A DNA stretch of 32,000 nt from Urinicoccus massiliensis (GCF_900120405.1 NZ_LT635493.1:929452-961451), one strand, 5' to 3'. Counted from the stretch's first letter, positions 15,533 to 25,485 are shown. Program-made: numbers and translations. The notes: generated by a model not told the origin, from the sequence alone.

Positions 15533-15542
15533 ACAATTTTCC

Positions 15543-16313
15543 CTACTTCAAGACAATCAATTGTTTCCTTTCATTAAAGAAGCTTTTATAGGACAGGTAG
15601 CAGGCGATAAAGGAGGCGATGGAGGTGGCGGACAGGAGCATGAAGGTGACCATAATTTGGTATTTGATGGCTTCTATGGGGGAGGCCCCGGCCAGGATTA
15701 AGCCGGTCATCATGCCGGGGAGGGAGACGATGCCCAGGGTTTTGGCGGAATCGATGGTGGGGACCATGCCGGTTTTTATGGCGTCTCGGATAATTTCGAT
15801 GGAGGCGGGAAGGATGTCGGCCCCCAGGGCGAGTTTGCTTTCCACTTCTGGGGCCTTGTCTTTAAAATTGGCGGCCAGTTGTTTGTAGCATAGGCCTAGG
15901 GCCACCATGGCATTGCCAATGATCATGCCGCTAATGGGGATGATTTGGTAGGGTTGGTAGCGGATGGTGTGGGACAGGACCAGGATCAAGAGGGTAATGA
16001 TGGTGCCGGCGGCTATGGACAAAAAGGAAATGGCCAGGCCGTTTTGAATCATCCGGCCTCTTTTATGGGCATTAAAGGCCCCGTTAAAGATCATAAAGAG
16101 GACCAGGAGGCTGGTAAAGAGGGGGTTTTCGCAGCCGAAGATGTAGTCCAGGATGTAGCCCACAAGGACCAGTTGGACAACGGCCCGGACAACGCCAATG
16201 AGGATGTCTTTTTCGAGTTTGAGTTTTTGCCAATAGGAGAAAAAGAGGGTAATGAGGATTAGGCAGGATGAAAATCCCAGGGAGAGCACGCTAATATGGT
16301 TTACGGAATTCAT
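15543..16313 (-). CDS. fetB: ABC transporter permease, UPF0014/FetB (YbbM) family
   Basis: 256 aa with about 7 TM segments. Its start overlaps the stop of the upstream ATPase gene. The size and the pairing with a YbbL-like ATPase fit the FetAB family. Confidence 0.8.
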   Translation of the reverse strand: MNSVNHISVLSLGFSSCLILITLFFSYWQKLKLEKDILIGVVRAVVQLVLVGYILDYIFGCENPLFTSLLVLFMIFNGAFNAHKRGRMIQNGLAISFLSIAAGTIITLLILVLSHTIRYQPYQIIPISGMIIGNAMVALGLCYKQLAANFKDKAPEVESKLALGADILPASIEIIRDAIKTGMVPTIDSAKTLGIVSLPGMMTGLILAGASPIEAIKYQIMVTFMLLSATSIASFIACYLSYKSFFNERKQLIVLK

Positions 16314-16969
16314 TGGAGGACCTCCTGGAAGGATACAAGTTTTCCCTGGTCAAGGGTCAAGAGTTTATTGGCGTAGTGTTTCCCTTGGTGGATTTTGTGG
16401 GTCACCGAGAGGATGGTGGTGCCTTGGGCATTGAGGTCGACCATGGCTTTTTCTACCAAGGCGGCGTTGTCTCGGTCCAGGGCGGAGGTGACTTCGTCTA
16501 GGAGGAGGACTTCTGGCATAAAGACCATGGTCCTGACCAGGGCAATTCTTTGTTTTTCTCCCCCGGAAAGGGCGTGGACTTCTCTACTTAAATAGCCTCG
16601 GGACATGTGGAAGAGGTCCAGGAGGGCGTGGATCCTATCAAGGTCTGGTTTTTTATGGCGGATATCATAGGGGAAGGCTAGGTTGTCCAGGACGGTGCCG
16701 GTAAAAAGATGGGGGGTTTGGAAGCAGTAGCCGATGTTTTTTCTCAGGTCTCCAGGGGGGTAGTCCAGGTAGTTTTTCCCCTTAAAGAGCATGTCGCCTG
16801 AGCTGGGGCTAATGAGGTGGCTGGCCAGTTTCAGCAGGGTGCTTTTCCCGCTGCCTGAGGGGCCTACAATGGAGATGAAGTCGCCGGCTTCCACATCTAG
16901 GGAAATGTCTCGCAAGATTTCCCGGTCCTGGGTCTGGTAGTTTAGTTTTTTAAATTCTAATAGGGGCAA
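16310..16969 (-). CDS. fetA: ABC transporter ATP-binding protein, FetA (YbbL)-like
   Basis: Walker A GPSGSGKST, signature LSGGEKQR, Walker B LLLDEVTSALD. I prefer the TTG at 16969 (PLLEFKKLNY...), 5 nt after AAAGGTGA. The ORF-track ATG at 17047 adds a Pro/Arg-rich extension with no RBS. Confidence 0.85.
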   Translation of the reverse strand: MPLLEFKKLNYQTQDREILRDISLDVEAGDFISIVGPSGSGKSTLLKLASHLISPSSGDMLFKGKNYLDYPPGDLRKNIGYCFQTPHLFTGTVLDNLAFPYDIRHKKPDLDRIHALLDLFHMSRGYLSREVHALSGGEKQRIALVRTMVFMPEVLLLDEVTSALDRDNAALVEKAMVDLNAQGTTILSVTHKIHQGKHYANKLLTLDQGKLVSFQEVLQ

Positions 16970-17224
16970 GTTGATCACCTTTCTTGGTTTTTGGACAGGT
17001 CTGTTTTTTGAAGAATGATGGCGGGGTGGTTTTCTCATGACTTCCATGGGATAGAAGACTTCTTGTATTTTATGCTAGCACAATCTTTTCGGCTGTCAAG
17101 GGGGCTTGCCGGGGAAGTTTTTTCCTTTTTCGACCCGGAAAATTCCCCCAACTTGTCTGATAGCTTTTTTCAATCAAGGGTACAAATAAAACATAGACAA
17201 AGAAAGACAAGCAGGAGGTCCGGA

Positions 17225-18499
17225 ATGAATACTGAACAAAAACAAGTCAAAAATTTTCACTACGCATGGGTTATTTTATTTGTGGCGTCGTTGGTTTTAG
17301 GGGTCTATGTCCCCATTGTCAACTCCCTGTCCAACAGCTGGCAGTTGGCAGTGACCCAGGACTTGGGTTTTTCCAGGACGGCCTTTTCTCTTACTGGGAC
17401 CATTACCCAGGCGGTGGGAATTTTTCTGGGGCCAGTGATGTCTTATTTTCTAACCAAGTATAATTTTAAGCGGATCTGGACTTTCGGGGCCCTGGTCTTT
17501 TCTGCTGGGGTCTTTGGCTACTCCCTGGCCCAAAACCAATACCACTTTTACATTTTGGGCTTTTTGGTTGGGGGCGCCTATATTGCCACGGCCCAAATTC
17601 CCATGATGATGTTGATTAACAACTGGTTCCAAGAAAAAAGGGGCCTGGCAACGTCCATTGCCGTTTCTGGAATTTCGGCAGGTGGGGCTCTTTTAAGTCC
17701 CTTGATTTCTAGCTTGATTGGGAATTTCGGTTGGCGGGCTTCCTACCGGGTTTATGCCCTGATTATTTTGGGCCTAGGCCTGGTTTTCGGTCTCTTTTTA
17801 ATCTACTTAAAGCCGGAAGACAAGGGGCTAAAGCCCTATGGATACCGGGAGGGAGGCCCGGAAAAAATAGACTTGACCAAGGATTCGGACCGGTCCTTAA
17901 ATGTGGGCTTGACCATTGCCGCCTCCTTGTCTGCCAGCTTTTTTATTTTCCTCCTCTTGGGGTCTGTTTTAAATGGTCTGGCCAACGGGGCCAGCCTGCA
18001 ATTTCCGCCGGCCCTCCAAGGGGCTGCTGGCTTCCAAGTGGCGGCCAAGGTTATGTCCATTTACCTCTTGCTGGGAGTTTTTGGAAAATTGCTCCTGGGA
18101 CGGATTGCGGACAAGCAGGGGATCCACCATGCCCTGGCCTTTGGGGCTGGAACCCTGGCCTTGAGTTTTGTGGTGATTTTGTTTGTGGAAAAATCCTGGG
18201 GGCCCTGGCTCTTTTCTATTGTTTTTGGTTTTGGTCTGGCCCTGGGGTCGGTGCTGCCTCCCCTGGTGACCTCCACCATCTACAACCGGGAAATGTACGG
18301 GGAGGCCTATGGTTTTGTCCAATCGGCCACCCAGGTCGGGGCTGCCTTTGGTCCCCTGTTGGTTTCCTATATTTATGATGCCCAAGGCTCCTACCAATGG
18401 GCCTGGGTCATCAACATCGTTTTTGCCTGCCTAACGGGAATCTTTTGGTTCTTGGCCCACCAAGGGGCTAAAAAATATGCCAATGGGGCCGGGGCCTAG
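17225..18499 (+). CDS. MFS transporter
   Basis: The ATG at 17225 lies 6 nt after AGGAGG (MNTEQKQVKNFHYAWVILFV...). About 12 TM segments. The upstream 70 codons of the track ORF lack an RBS and overlap the divergent fetA region. Confidence 0.85.
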   Translation: MNTEQKQVKNFHYAWVILFVASLVLGVYVPIVNSLSNSWQLAVTQDLGFSRTAFSLTGTITQAVGIFLGPVMSYFLTKYNFKRIWTFGALVFSAGVFGYSLAQNQYHFYILGFLVGGAYIATAQIPMMMLINNWFQEKRGLATSIAVSGISAGGALLSPLISSLIGNFGWRASYRVYALIILGLGLVFGLFLIYLKPEDKGLKPYGYREGGPEKIDLTKDSDRSLNVGLTIAASLSASFFIFLLLGSVLNGLANGASLQFPPALQGAAGFQVAAKVMSIYLLLGVFGKLLLGRIADKQGIHHALAFGAGTLALSFVVILFVEKSWGPWLFSIVFGFGLALGSVLPPLVTSTIYNREMYGEAYGFVQSATQVGAAFGPLLVSYIYDAQGSYQWAWVINIVFACLTGIFWFLAHQGAKKYANGAGA

Positions 18500-18513
18500 A
18501 AGGGAGAATAGGA

Positions 18514-19689
18514 ATGGAAAAGTATTTGAAAATTTTACAAGACCTGGTTCGAATTGAATCGGTGAACGACCATGAAAGACAAGTGGCGGAATATATTGAA
18601 GGAGTTTTTAAGGGCCGGGACCGGGTGGAAAATCAAATTATTGATTCCTATCCCGGACGGGCCAATATTATTGTTAAAGTAAAGGGCAAGAGGCCGGGGA
18701 AAATTTTTGCCTTTTCCGGCCACCTGGATGTGGTGGCTCCCGGAGAGGGGTGGACCCATCCGCCCTTTGGGGGAGAAATCCAAGGCGACAAACTCTATGG
18801 CCGGGGAACTTGTGACATGAAGGCCGGGGTGGCGGCTAGCATCTATGCCATCCTGGATATTTTAGAAGAAAATCGAGACTTTCCCGGAGAAATTTGGTTT
18901 ATCGGAACAGTGGGGGAAGAAATCGGCATGCAGGGTGCCCTGGACCTGGTGGAAGGGGGCTACCTAGATGGGGTGGACGCCATTTTAATTTCAGAACCCA
19001 CCAAGAGGGACGGAGAAAACCAGGCCATTTTTGCCTGCAAGGGGTCCATTATGTACACCATTCAGTCCCAAGGAAGGTCGGCCCATTCTTCCATGCCAGA
19101 CTTGGGGATCAATTCCATCCTGGCCCTTAGCGACTATATCCGTCAGGTGCAAGAAGAATTTGACCAGGTAACGGCCAATCCCGCCTATCAAAACAAGGAC
19201 CTAGGGTCCACCATCAATGTTTTTTCCATGATCCAAGGGGGTAACCAAGTTAATTCCGTTCCGGAAAAGGCCTGGCTCAAGGGAAACATTCGAACGGTAC
19301 CGGAATTTGGGTCCGACAAGGCCATTGGACTTTTGCAAGACTTTATCGAAAAAAATAACCAGGACCCAACCAGGGCAAGAATGAGCCTGGAATTGGACCA
19401 AGTCCTGGATCCGGCTCAAGCAGGCAGGGACAATGCCCTAATCCAAGCCTTGAAGAAGTCGGGCCAGGGAAAAAATATCCAGGTCCGGCCCCTCATTGGC
19501 GCCTGCGAATTGTGTCGCTATATCAACCTGCCGGGAGAGGTCCAGCTCCTGGTGTATGGTCCCGGCCTAACCAAAAACGCCCATGTGGTTGATGAATACA
19601 TTGAATTGGATGAATACCTGGACACCATTGAAATTTTTAAGAAGACGGCCCTGGATTTTTTAGGAAGGCCAGAAGAAAATAGAGATTGA
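18514..19689 (+). CDS. M20-family metallopeptidase, ArgE/DapE-type deacylase
   Basis: SGHLDVV, GRGTCDMKAG and GTVGEEIG motifs typical of the M20 ArgE/DapE family. Confidence 0.88.
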   Translation: MEKYLKILQDLVRIESVNDHERQVAEYIEGVFKGRDRVENQIIDSYPGRANIIVKVKGKRPGKIFAFSGHLDVVAPGEGWTHPPFGGEIQGDKLYGRGTCDMKAGVAASIYAILDILEENRDFPGEIWFIGTVGEEIGMQGALDLVEGGYLDGVDAILISEPTKRDGENQAIFACKGSIMYTIQSQGRSAHSSMPDLGINSILALSDYIRQVQEEFDQVTANPAYQNKDLGSTINVFSMIQGGNQVNSVPEKAWLKGNIRTVPEFGSDKAIGLLQDFIEKNNQDPTRARMSLELDQVLDPAQAGRDNALIQALKKSGQGKNIQVRPLIGACELCRYINLPGEVQLLVYGPGLTKNAHVVDEYIELDEYLDTIEIFKKTALDFLGRPEENRD

Positions 19690-19756
19690 AAAAGAAGACC
19701 AAGTAGGATAAACTAATAACAAATGAGCTAAATTCAAAAAAATAAAGTGAGGTGTT

Positions 19757-20794
19757 TTGATGAAGTGTCCAGCTTGCGGGAAGGAAAATGCTTCCGATGC
19801 AAAGTTTTGTAATTCCTGTGGGAGCCCCTTGGCCTTTCCGGGAAACCATGAAGTGGAAGACCGCTTGCCTTTTTCAAACCAGGAGGATGAGAGGATAAGC
19901 CTCCGGGAAGAGGGACGAGAAGTCTACCCCCAAGGTTATTATGAAGACAGGCCCAGTAAGTCTCAAAAAAAGATGGCTGTAAAAATAGTTAGCCTCTTGG
20001 TGGCCCTGGCCATCGTGTGTGTTTTGGGACTTTTTGCCGTCAAGACCTGGAAGAGGGCCGGCCTGGAAAAAGAGGCCACCCAGGCCATGGAAGAAGGCAA
20101 CTACCAAGATGCTACGGTTAAGTTCCAAGACCTTTACAAGGCCACCGACCAAGAAAAATATCAAAAGAAGATGACAGAGGCCCATGCCCTGGCCCAGGAC
20201 AGTGAAAGTTTGGAAAATGCCAAAAACCTCCTGGCTCAAGGATCCTACAAGCAGGCCCTGCAAAAACTACTGGAAGTCCGCAACCACAACAATGGCATCA
20301 AGCAGGAAGCGGAAAAGGTCTTAACGGACTTGCAAACGACTGTTGAAGGCAAGGTGGATGCCTATAACATGATGCAGGACTATTCCACCTCCATCCAATT
20401 GTTAAATGGCCTCTTGGCCGTGGCACCGGAAAATGAGTCCTTCCTGGCCATGAAGACCCATGCCCTCAGCGCCCAAACAGGCATGAATGAAGAAAAGGCC
20501 CGGGCAGAAACCGAAGCCAAGGCAGCGGAAGAAAAGGCCAAGAAGGAAGAAAAAGAGGCAGCCAGCCGGGCCAAGCAAGCCAAGGCGTCTAGCAATATCA
20601 TCAATACCTTCCAATATGTTACCAGTGGGTCAGCCAATGTCCGGTCTGGTCCCGGGAAAAACTACCGGGTCAACTACTCCTTGGACCGGGGAGCGGAAGT
20701 CTACGTCTATGATACCTTCTACGACGGAACCAGGACCTGGTGTAATATTGGGGATGGTTGGATTTCCTACCGGACCCTAAATGGAGAATTATAA
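19757..20794 (+). CDS. Zinc-ribbon / single-pass membrane protein with coiled-coil region and C-terminal SH3b domain
   Basis: N-terminal CPACG...CNSCG zinc ribbon, TM VKIVSLLVALAIVCVLGLFAV, an E/K/A-rich stretch, and C-terminal SGSANVRSGPGKNYRVNYSLDRGAEVYVY...WCNIGDGWISYRTL (bacterial SH3-like). Confidence 0.8.
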   Translation: MMKCPACGKENASDAKFCNSCGSPLAFPGNHEVEDRLPFSNQEDERISLREEGREVYPQGYYEDRPSKSQKKMAVKIVSLLVALAIVCVLGLFAVKTWKRAGLEKEATQAMEEGNYQDATVKFQDLYKATDQEKYQKKMTEAHALAQDSESLENAKNLLAQGSYKQALQKLLEVRNHNNGIKQEAEKVLTDLQTTVEGKVDAYNMMQDYSTSIQLLNGLLAVAPENESFLAMKTHALSAQTGMNEEKARAETEAKAAEEKAKKEEKEAASRAKQAKASSNIINTFQYVTSGSANVRSGPGKNYRVNYSLDRGAEVYVYDTFYDGTRTWCNIGDGWISYRTLNGEL

Positions 20795-20806
20795 AAGAAA
20801 AGAAAT

Positions 20807-20847
20807 CCTCTTCAAAATGGCCAAGGCCAGAATGAAGAGGGTTTTTA
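20807..20847 (+). terminator. Intrinsic terminator
   Basis: CCTCTTCA...TGAAGAGG stem followed by GTTTTTAT. Confidence 0.6.
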
Positions 20848-20918
20848 TATGTTGAAAAGAGACTTTAGGGGTATAGATAAAAGGCAAGAAAAACCAGTTT
20901 GAATATAAAGGAGGATTT

Positions 20919-21845
20919 ATGGGACAATTAATCAATGGACAATGGGTAACCAGCCAAGGCCAAGCCAGTAAGGATGGTTCCTTTAAAAGAAAGGAATCCA
21001 GTTTTAGGAATTGGATTGAAAAAAACGGCCCCTTTCCCCCGGAAAAAGATCGCTACTTGCTCTATGTTTCCCTGGCCTGCCCATGGGCTTCCAGGACTCT
21101 TATGATGCGTAAACTCAAGGACCTGGAAGGAATCATCGACCTGGCCATTGTTTCTCCCTTGATGGGGGAGGATGGCTGGACCTTTGAAGACTATCCCGGT
21201 TCTACAAGGGACCCCCTTTTTGGCGCCCGCTATCTCAGGGAAATTTACACCCAGGCAGACCCCAAGTATACAGGTAAGGTTACGGTGCCGGTCCTTTTTG
21301 ATAAAAAGAAAAAGACCATCGTCAACAATGAGTCTGAAGAAATTTTAAGGATTCTGAATACGGCCTTTAATGACCTGACGGGGAACCACTTGGATTTTTA
21401 TCCCCAGGAATTGAGGGAGGACATTGACCGGATCAACCAAGAAGTCTACCACCATGTCAACAATGGGGTCTACAAGGCTGGTTTTGCCACCAAGCAAGAA
21501 ATTTATGAAGAAGAAGTCCGGGGACTCTTTAAGACCCTGGATTGGTTGGAAGACCTCCTGGAAGGTAAGGACTATCTCTTGGGGGACCGGTTTACGGAAG
21601 CTGACATCCGGCTCTTTGTCAGCTTGGTCCGCTTTGACCCAGTCTACTATGGCCACTTTAAGTGCAACCTAAAACAAATCAGGGACTATCCCAAGCTTTG
21701 GGCCTATACCAAGAGGATTTACGCCCTGCCAGGAATCAAGGAGACCGTCAACATGGACCACATCAAGAGCCACTACTACTGGTCCCACCCCAGCATCAAT
21801 CCCACCCGGATTGTCCCCCTGGGCCCCTTGGAAGACTTGGATTGA
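20919..21845 (+). CDS. yqjG: Xi-class glutathione S-transferase / glutathionyl-hydroquinone reductase (YqjG-like)
   Basis: YVSLACPWASRTLMMRKLKDLE (CPWA-R active-site motif), VTVPVLFDKKKKTIVNNESEEI, VNNGVYKAGFATKQE and EADIRLFVSLVRFDPVYYGHFKCN are all closely collinear with E. coli YqjG as I remember it. Confidence 0.88.
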   Translation: MGQLINGQWVTSQGQASKDGSFKRKESSFRNWIEKNGPFPPEKDRYLLYVSLACPWASRTLMMRKLKDLEGIIDLAIVSPLMGEDGWTFEDYPGSTRDPLFGARYLREIYTQADPKYTGKVTVPVLFDKKKKTIVNNESEEILRILNTAFNDLTGNHLDFYPQELREDIDRINQEVYHHVNNGVYKAGFATKQEIYEEEVRGLFKTLDWLEDLLEGKDYLLGDRFTEADIRLFVSLVRFDPVYYGHFKCNLKQIRDYPKLWAYTKRIYALPGIKETVNMDHIKSHYYWSHPSINPTRIVPLGPLEDLD

Positions 21846-21958
21846 AGAGGAAATTCCGGGCAAAAGTGAAAGATGTTAAAACAATGAGCCCTTGTTTTCC
21901 AGGAAGGCCAGGACTATATTGGTCTTAACTAAATTGGAAAACAGGAAGGAGTTTATGG

Positions 21959-23185
21959 ATGAAGGAGAAAAAAAGAGCCTTGAGTCCAGCCATCCAGGTG
22001 ATTCTCATCTTTGGGATCATCTCCATGCTGGGAGATGTGATTTATGAATCTGCCCGGGGGGTCAATAGCCAATACTTTAACCTTATTGGGGTTTCTGCCA
22101 CAAAGGTTGGAATCGTCTTTGGGATTGGGGAATTAGTTGGTTATTTTCTACGCCTCTTTGCAGGCTATTGGTCAGATGTGAGCCAAAAACATTGGCTTTT
22201 TATCTTTATCGGTTATGGGATGTTAATTGTGGTTCCCCTGATGGGGATGACCCTAAACTGGAACCTCTTGGTGGTCTTTATCCTCCTGGAAAGGTTGGGT
22301 AAGGCCCTGAGAAATCCAGCCAAGGACACCATCTTGTCCAGTGTGGCAGAAAAAGAAGTCAACCTGGGGATGGCCTTTGGTCTCCAAGAGGCCCTGGACC
22401 AATTGGGAGCCTTTATTGGTCCCTTAATTTTCACGGGAGTTTTTTATTTTACCGGAAGAAATGGCCTGGTCCAATACCAAATGGGCTACAAGGCTTTAAT
22501 TATTCCCTTCATCCTTTTAATGTCCTTTGTCTACTATGCTTACCGGACAGTGGAGAAAAAACAAGTCATCCAAGAGATGAAGATTCGGGACTTCGACAAC
22601 AGGTCACTCAAGGGAATTTTTTGGGTCTATACGGCCTTTATCTTTGCCACAACATTGGGTTTTGCCAACTTTGCCATTATTGGCTACCATTTAAAGGATA
22701 CAGGCCTTTTGGGAGATGGACAAATCACCATGGTCTATTCCTTTGCCATGGTTGTAGATGCCCTGGCAGCCTTGGCCGTGGGTAAGGCTTACGATTCCTT
22801 AAAGGAAAAGACCAAGTTAAGGACTGGGGGGATTTTAATCCTAGGTCTGGTTCCTCTTTTTACCATGGGCCTTCCCTTCTTAACTCTGAGTTATTCAGTG
22901 CCCTTGATTGTCTTGGGTATGTTCTTATGGGGCCTGGTAATGGGAGCCCATGAGACAGTTATGAAGTCAGCCATTGGGGACCTAGTGCCCTTTTCCAAAA
23001 GGGGCCGAGGGTATGGGGTCTTTAATGCAGCTTACGGTCTAGCCTTGTTCTTTGGGGCTTCTTACATGGGCTTTTTCTATGACCAGCAAAAGACTTGGTT
23101 GATCTTTCTCCTATGTATTGTCTGTGAAATTTTTGCTCTCTTCTTGTACCGAAAGATGCAAAAAATGATCCATGAAAACAAGTAA
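21959..23185 (+). CDS. MFS transporter
   Basis: 408 aa with about 12 TM segments. RBS AGGAAGGA lies 8 nt upstream. Confidence 0.8.
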   Translation: MKEKKRALSPAIQVILIFGIISMLGDVIYESARGVNSQYFNLIGVSATKVGIVFGIGELVGYFLRLFAGYWSDVSQKHWLFIFIGYGMLIVVPLMGMTLNWNLLVVFILLERLGKALRNPAKDTILSSVAEKEVNLGMAFGLQEALDQLGAFIGPLIFTGVFYFTGRNGLVQYQMGYKALIIPFILLMSFVYYAYRTVEKKQVIQEMKIRDFDNRSLKGIFWVYTAFIFATTLGFANFAIIGYHLKDTGLLGDGQITMVYSFAMVVDALAALAVGKAYDSLKEKTKLRTGGILILGLVPLFTMGLPFLTLSYSVPLIVLGMFLWGLVMGAHETVMKSAIGDLVPFSKRGRGYGVFNAAYGLALFFGASYMGFFYDQQKTWLIFLLCIVCEIFALFLYRKMQKMIHENK

Positions 23186-23202
23186 AAAAGAGAAATAAAA
23201 AA

Positions 23203-23240
23203 ATAGGAAGGCCTCCCACCAGGGAGGTCTTCCTATTTTT
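23203..23240. terminator. Bidirectional terminator between the convergent MFS (+) and C69 peptidase (-) genes
   Basis: AGGAAGGCCTCCC-acca-GGGAGGTCTTCCT 13-bp stem, with an A-run before and a T-run after. Confidence 0.8.
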
Positions 23241-23257
23241 ATAAGGGGAAAAAGTTC

Positions 23258-25297
23258 CTAAATGCGATCAGCAATAACTGCTAATTCGCCACGAGTAATT
23301 TGGTTGGCAGGGTTAAAAGCACCAGCTTGGGGGCTTAACCAACCCAGGGCTAAAACAGCTGCAACAGGTTCTTTTACCCATTGTATTAAGCTGGCTTCGT
23401 CGCTGATTTGAACAAGTCGAGTAGGTATGGGCTTGGCAGCTTCCTTAGCATAGGCATTTAAGATAAGGGCTGCAGATTGACGGTTTAAAACAAAGGTCTT
23501 TTGGATGGCATATTGGTCCAGAAGTGCATCCAAACTGCCTGCCTTGAATCCGGGATCCTTGGCATCCAAAAGGGCAAGAAGGTCTTCCACATAGACAATT
23601 TTGTCTGGGGCAAACTTATCTTCAACCTTGGACATCCAGCCCTTGCTAATGGCTTTTTCCAGGGGAGCCTTGGCCCAATGTTTTGCTAATTCGTCTTCTG
23701 TAGTGGCTGTTCCCTTGTCCAGGGGTTGGGCAGAGGCAGCCTTATTGGAAAATCCTAATTCCTTTAAGATTTGTTCTTGTCTTTCTTGACCTAAAAGACT
23801 GGGAATGTAGGGTTTGGTCTTGCGGTCGGGGTATCCGTTGACACCAGGGTTACCAGACACGTCCAGGAAGTAGGTGTTGAGTTCTTTAGCCATTAAAGTA
23901 GCGTCATCGTAAGCTTTTTGTTGGTATTCCATGGAGAGCTTGGTAGCCAATTGACGGCCAGCTTCAGTAGATGTTTTGTAGGCTTGGATTAATTGGGCGT
24001 CCAATTCCTTGTCAATGCGTTTCAAGATGGTTTTTTCTTGAAGGTCATTGTATTCACGGACATATTTTCCATAGAGGTTCCGGTTGATTTCACTTAAGGC
24101 AGATACTTGACGCATGGTCCAGTAGGCTGATTCTGGAGTGTATTGGTCACCAGGAACTTGGTAGGGGGCAATGGTGTCGGTGATGGGGCCAAAGATGGGA
24201 ACATATTGAGAATGTTCAGCATTTCCCATGGCAACCCAGAGGATTCCGCCTAGTTCTTTAGGATAGTTTTCTTTAATTTGGATTACGTGAGCGTGTTCTT
24301 GTTCAACAGTACCAATGGGGCGAACCTTGGCATTTTTAGGAAGGTTGGCATCCTTGTCGGTACCTTCGTAACGAGTTCTTTGGAATTCCATTAATTTTTT
24401 AATGGAGATTTTTTTATCGGTTTTTTGTAAAAGGTCAAAACTTGCGGCATTGTAGGGGATTTTTTTGTCTGGATCCAAGAAGTTGATTCCACCCCATAGA
24501 CGGTCCCTATTACCGGAAGCTAGAGGTTCAGCATAAGTTTTTTGGACGTGGATTAAGCCATCTTCTTCAACCAAGAAGCCATTTTGTTTGGCCAGGTTGA
24601 TTAAGTTCTTAGAAGCCACAACATTTTCTTTGTCCTTAACATCTACTTTACCTAACATAAAGCAGTTGGGGAAGACAGAGTAGGCATCATCGGGATATTT
24701 AATGGCGACATATTGGTGACCAGTTAAAAGTTCCATGTACCAGATTTCTTTTTGGTCAGCAATAACAACAATAGCCCCTTCTTGAAGACCCTTGGTATTC
24801 ATGATATCGGCTAAGACATCCACCCCTTCCCGGGCGGTTTTAATTCTTGGAAGAACCACACTGACAACAGAGGATTCGTAAAGTCCGTGGTCAGTTAGGG
24901 GGTCAGCAGAAAGAGCCTTATCATTGGCAGTAGCTGTAACAGTGGCTGTCATGGTGACGCCATTTTCATTCCAACCCGTTGCTTCGAAGACGTCTCCATC
25001 ATCTTGGTAGCCGTCAGGAACGGTAACAGTAGCGTAGGTTTTTTCGGGCATAGGATATGTAAATCCATAGACGTCCTTGTACATATCGCCTTTTTTGTAG
25101 GTTTTTGCAGGAGTTGCAATGACTGTTTTATTGTAGGCAGAAGACCAGTCTTCTGTCCGGCCAATCATTGGATTGCCATCTGCAGATACTTTTTTACCGA
25201 CGATAACACCGGTACAAGCGAGAACTTCGGACATGGGCGTTAAGAGGAAAACACCAATTAAGGCCAGAGATAATGCTTTCTTGACAAAGGTTTTCAT
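23258..25297 (-). CDS. Secreted C69-family dipeptidase with two C-terminal SLH-like repeats
   Basis: Signal peptide, then the nucleophile ACTGVIVGKKVSADGNPMIGRTEDW (C69 N-terminal Cys). C-terminal HWAKAPLEKAISKGWMSKVEDKFAPDK... and WVKEPVAAVLALGWLSPQAGAFNPANQITRGELAVI resemble S-layer-homology domains. Confidence 0.85.
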   Translation of the reverse strand: MKTFVKKALSLALIGVFLLTPMSEVLACTGVIVGKKVSADGNPMIGRTEDWSSAYNKTVIATPAKTYKKGDMYKDVYGFTYPMPEKTYATVTVPDGYQDDGDVFEATGWNENGVTMTATVTATANDKALSADPLTDHGLYESSVVSVVLPRIKTAREGVDVLADIMNTKGLQEGAIVVIADQKEIWYMELLTGHQYVAIKYPDDAYSVFPNCFMLGKVDVKDKENVVASKNLINLAKQNGFLVEEDGLIHVQKTYAEPLASGNRDRLWGGINFLDPDKKIPYNAASFDLLQKTDKKISIKKLMEFQRTRYEGTDKDANLPKNAKVRPIGTVEQEHAHVIQIKENYPKELGGILWVAMGNAEHSQYVPIFGPITDTIAPYQVPGDQYTPESAYWTMRQVSALSEINRNLYGKYVREYNDLQEKTILKRIDKELDAQLIQAYKTSTEAGRQLATKLSMEYQQKAYDDATLMAKELNTYFLDVSGNPGVNGYPDRKTKPYIPSLLGQERQEQILKELGFSNKAASAQPLDKGTATTEDELAKHWAKAPLEKAISKGWMSKVEDKFAPDKIVYVEDLLALLDAKDPGFKAGSLDALLDQYAIQKTFVLNRQSAALILNAYAKEAAKPIPTRLVQISDEASLIQWVKEPVAAVLALGWLSPQAGAFNPANQITRGELAVIADRI

Positions 25298-25485
25298 AAT
25301 GTATCATCCTTTCTGTTGTTTGTTTTTATTATAACACGCATATAAATTAAAACAAGGTAAATAAATAAAATAGACTTGTTAAATTATTGGGATTTAAATA
25401 AAAAGATCAGGCAAAAAAAGAAAAATAGGAAAATGATTTTCTAAAATAAAGTAAAAGACAGGGAGCTTTCCCAGAGTCGGGGAAG

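Noticed and set aside
16970-17224. N-terminal extensions of the divergent ORFs (fetA from the ATG at 17047; MFS from the ATG at 17015). As drawn in the track, these overlap each other.
   Set aside because: Neither upstream ATG has an RBS. Both extensions are Arg/Pro/Ser-rich and non-homologous-looking. Strong RBS-supported starts exist at 16969 (TTG) and 17225 (ATG), leaving a normal divergent promoter region.
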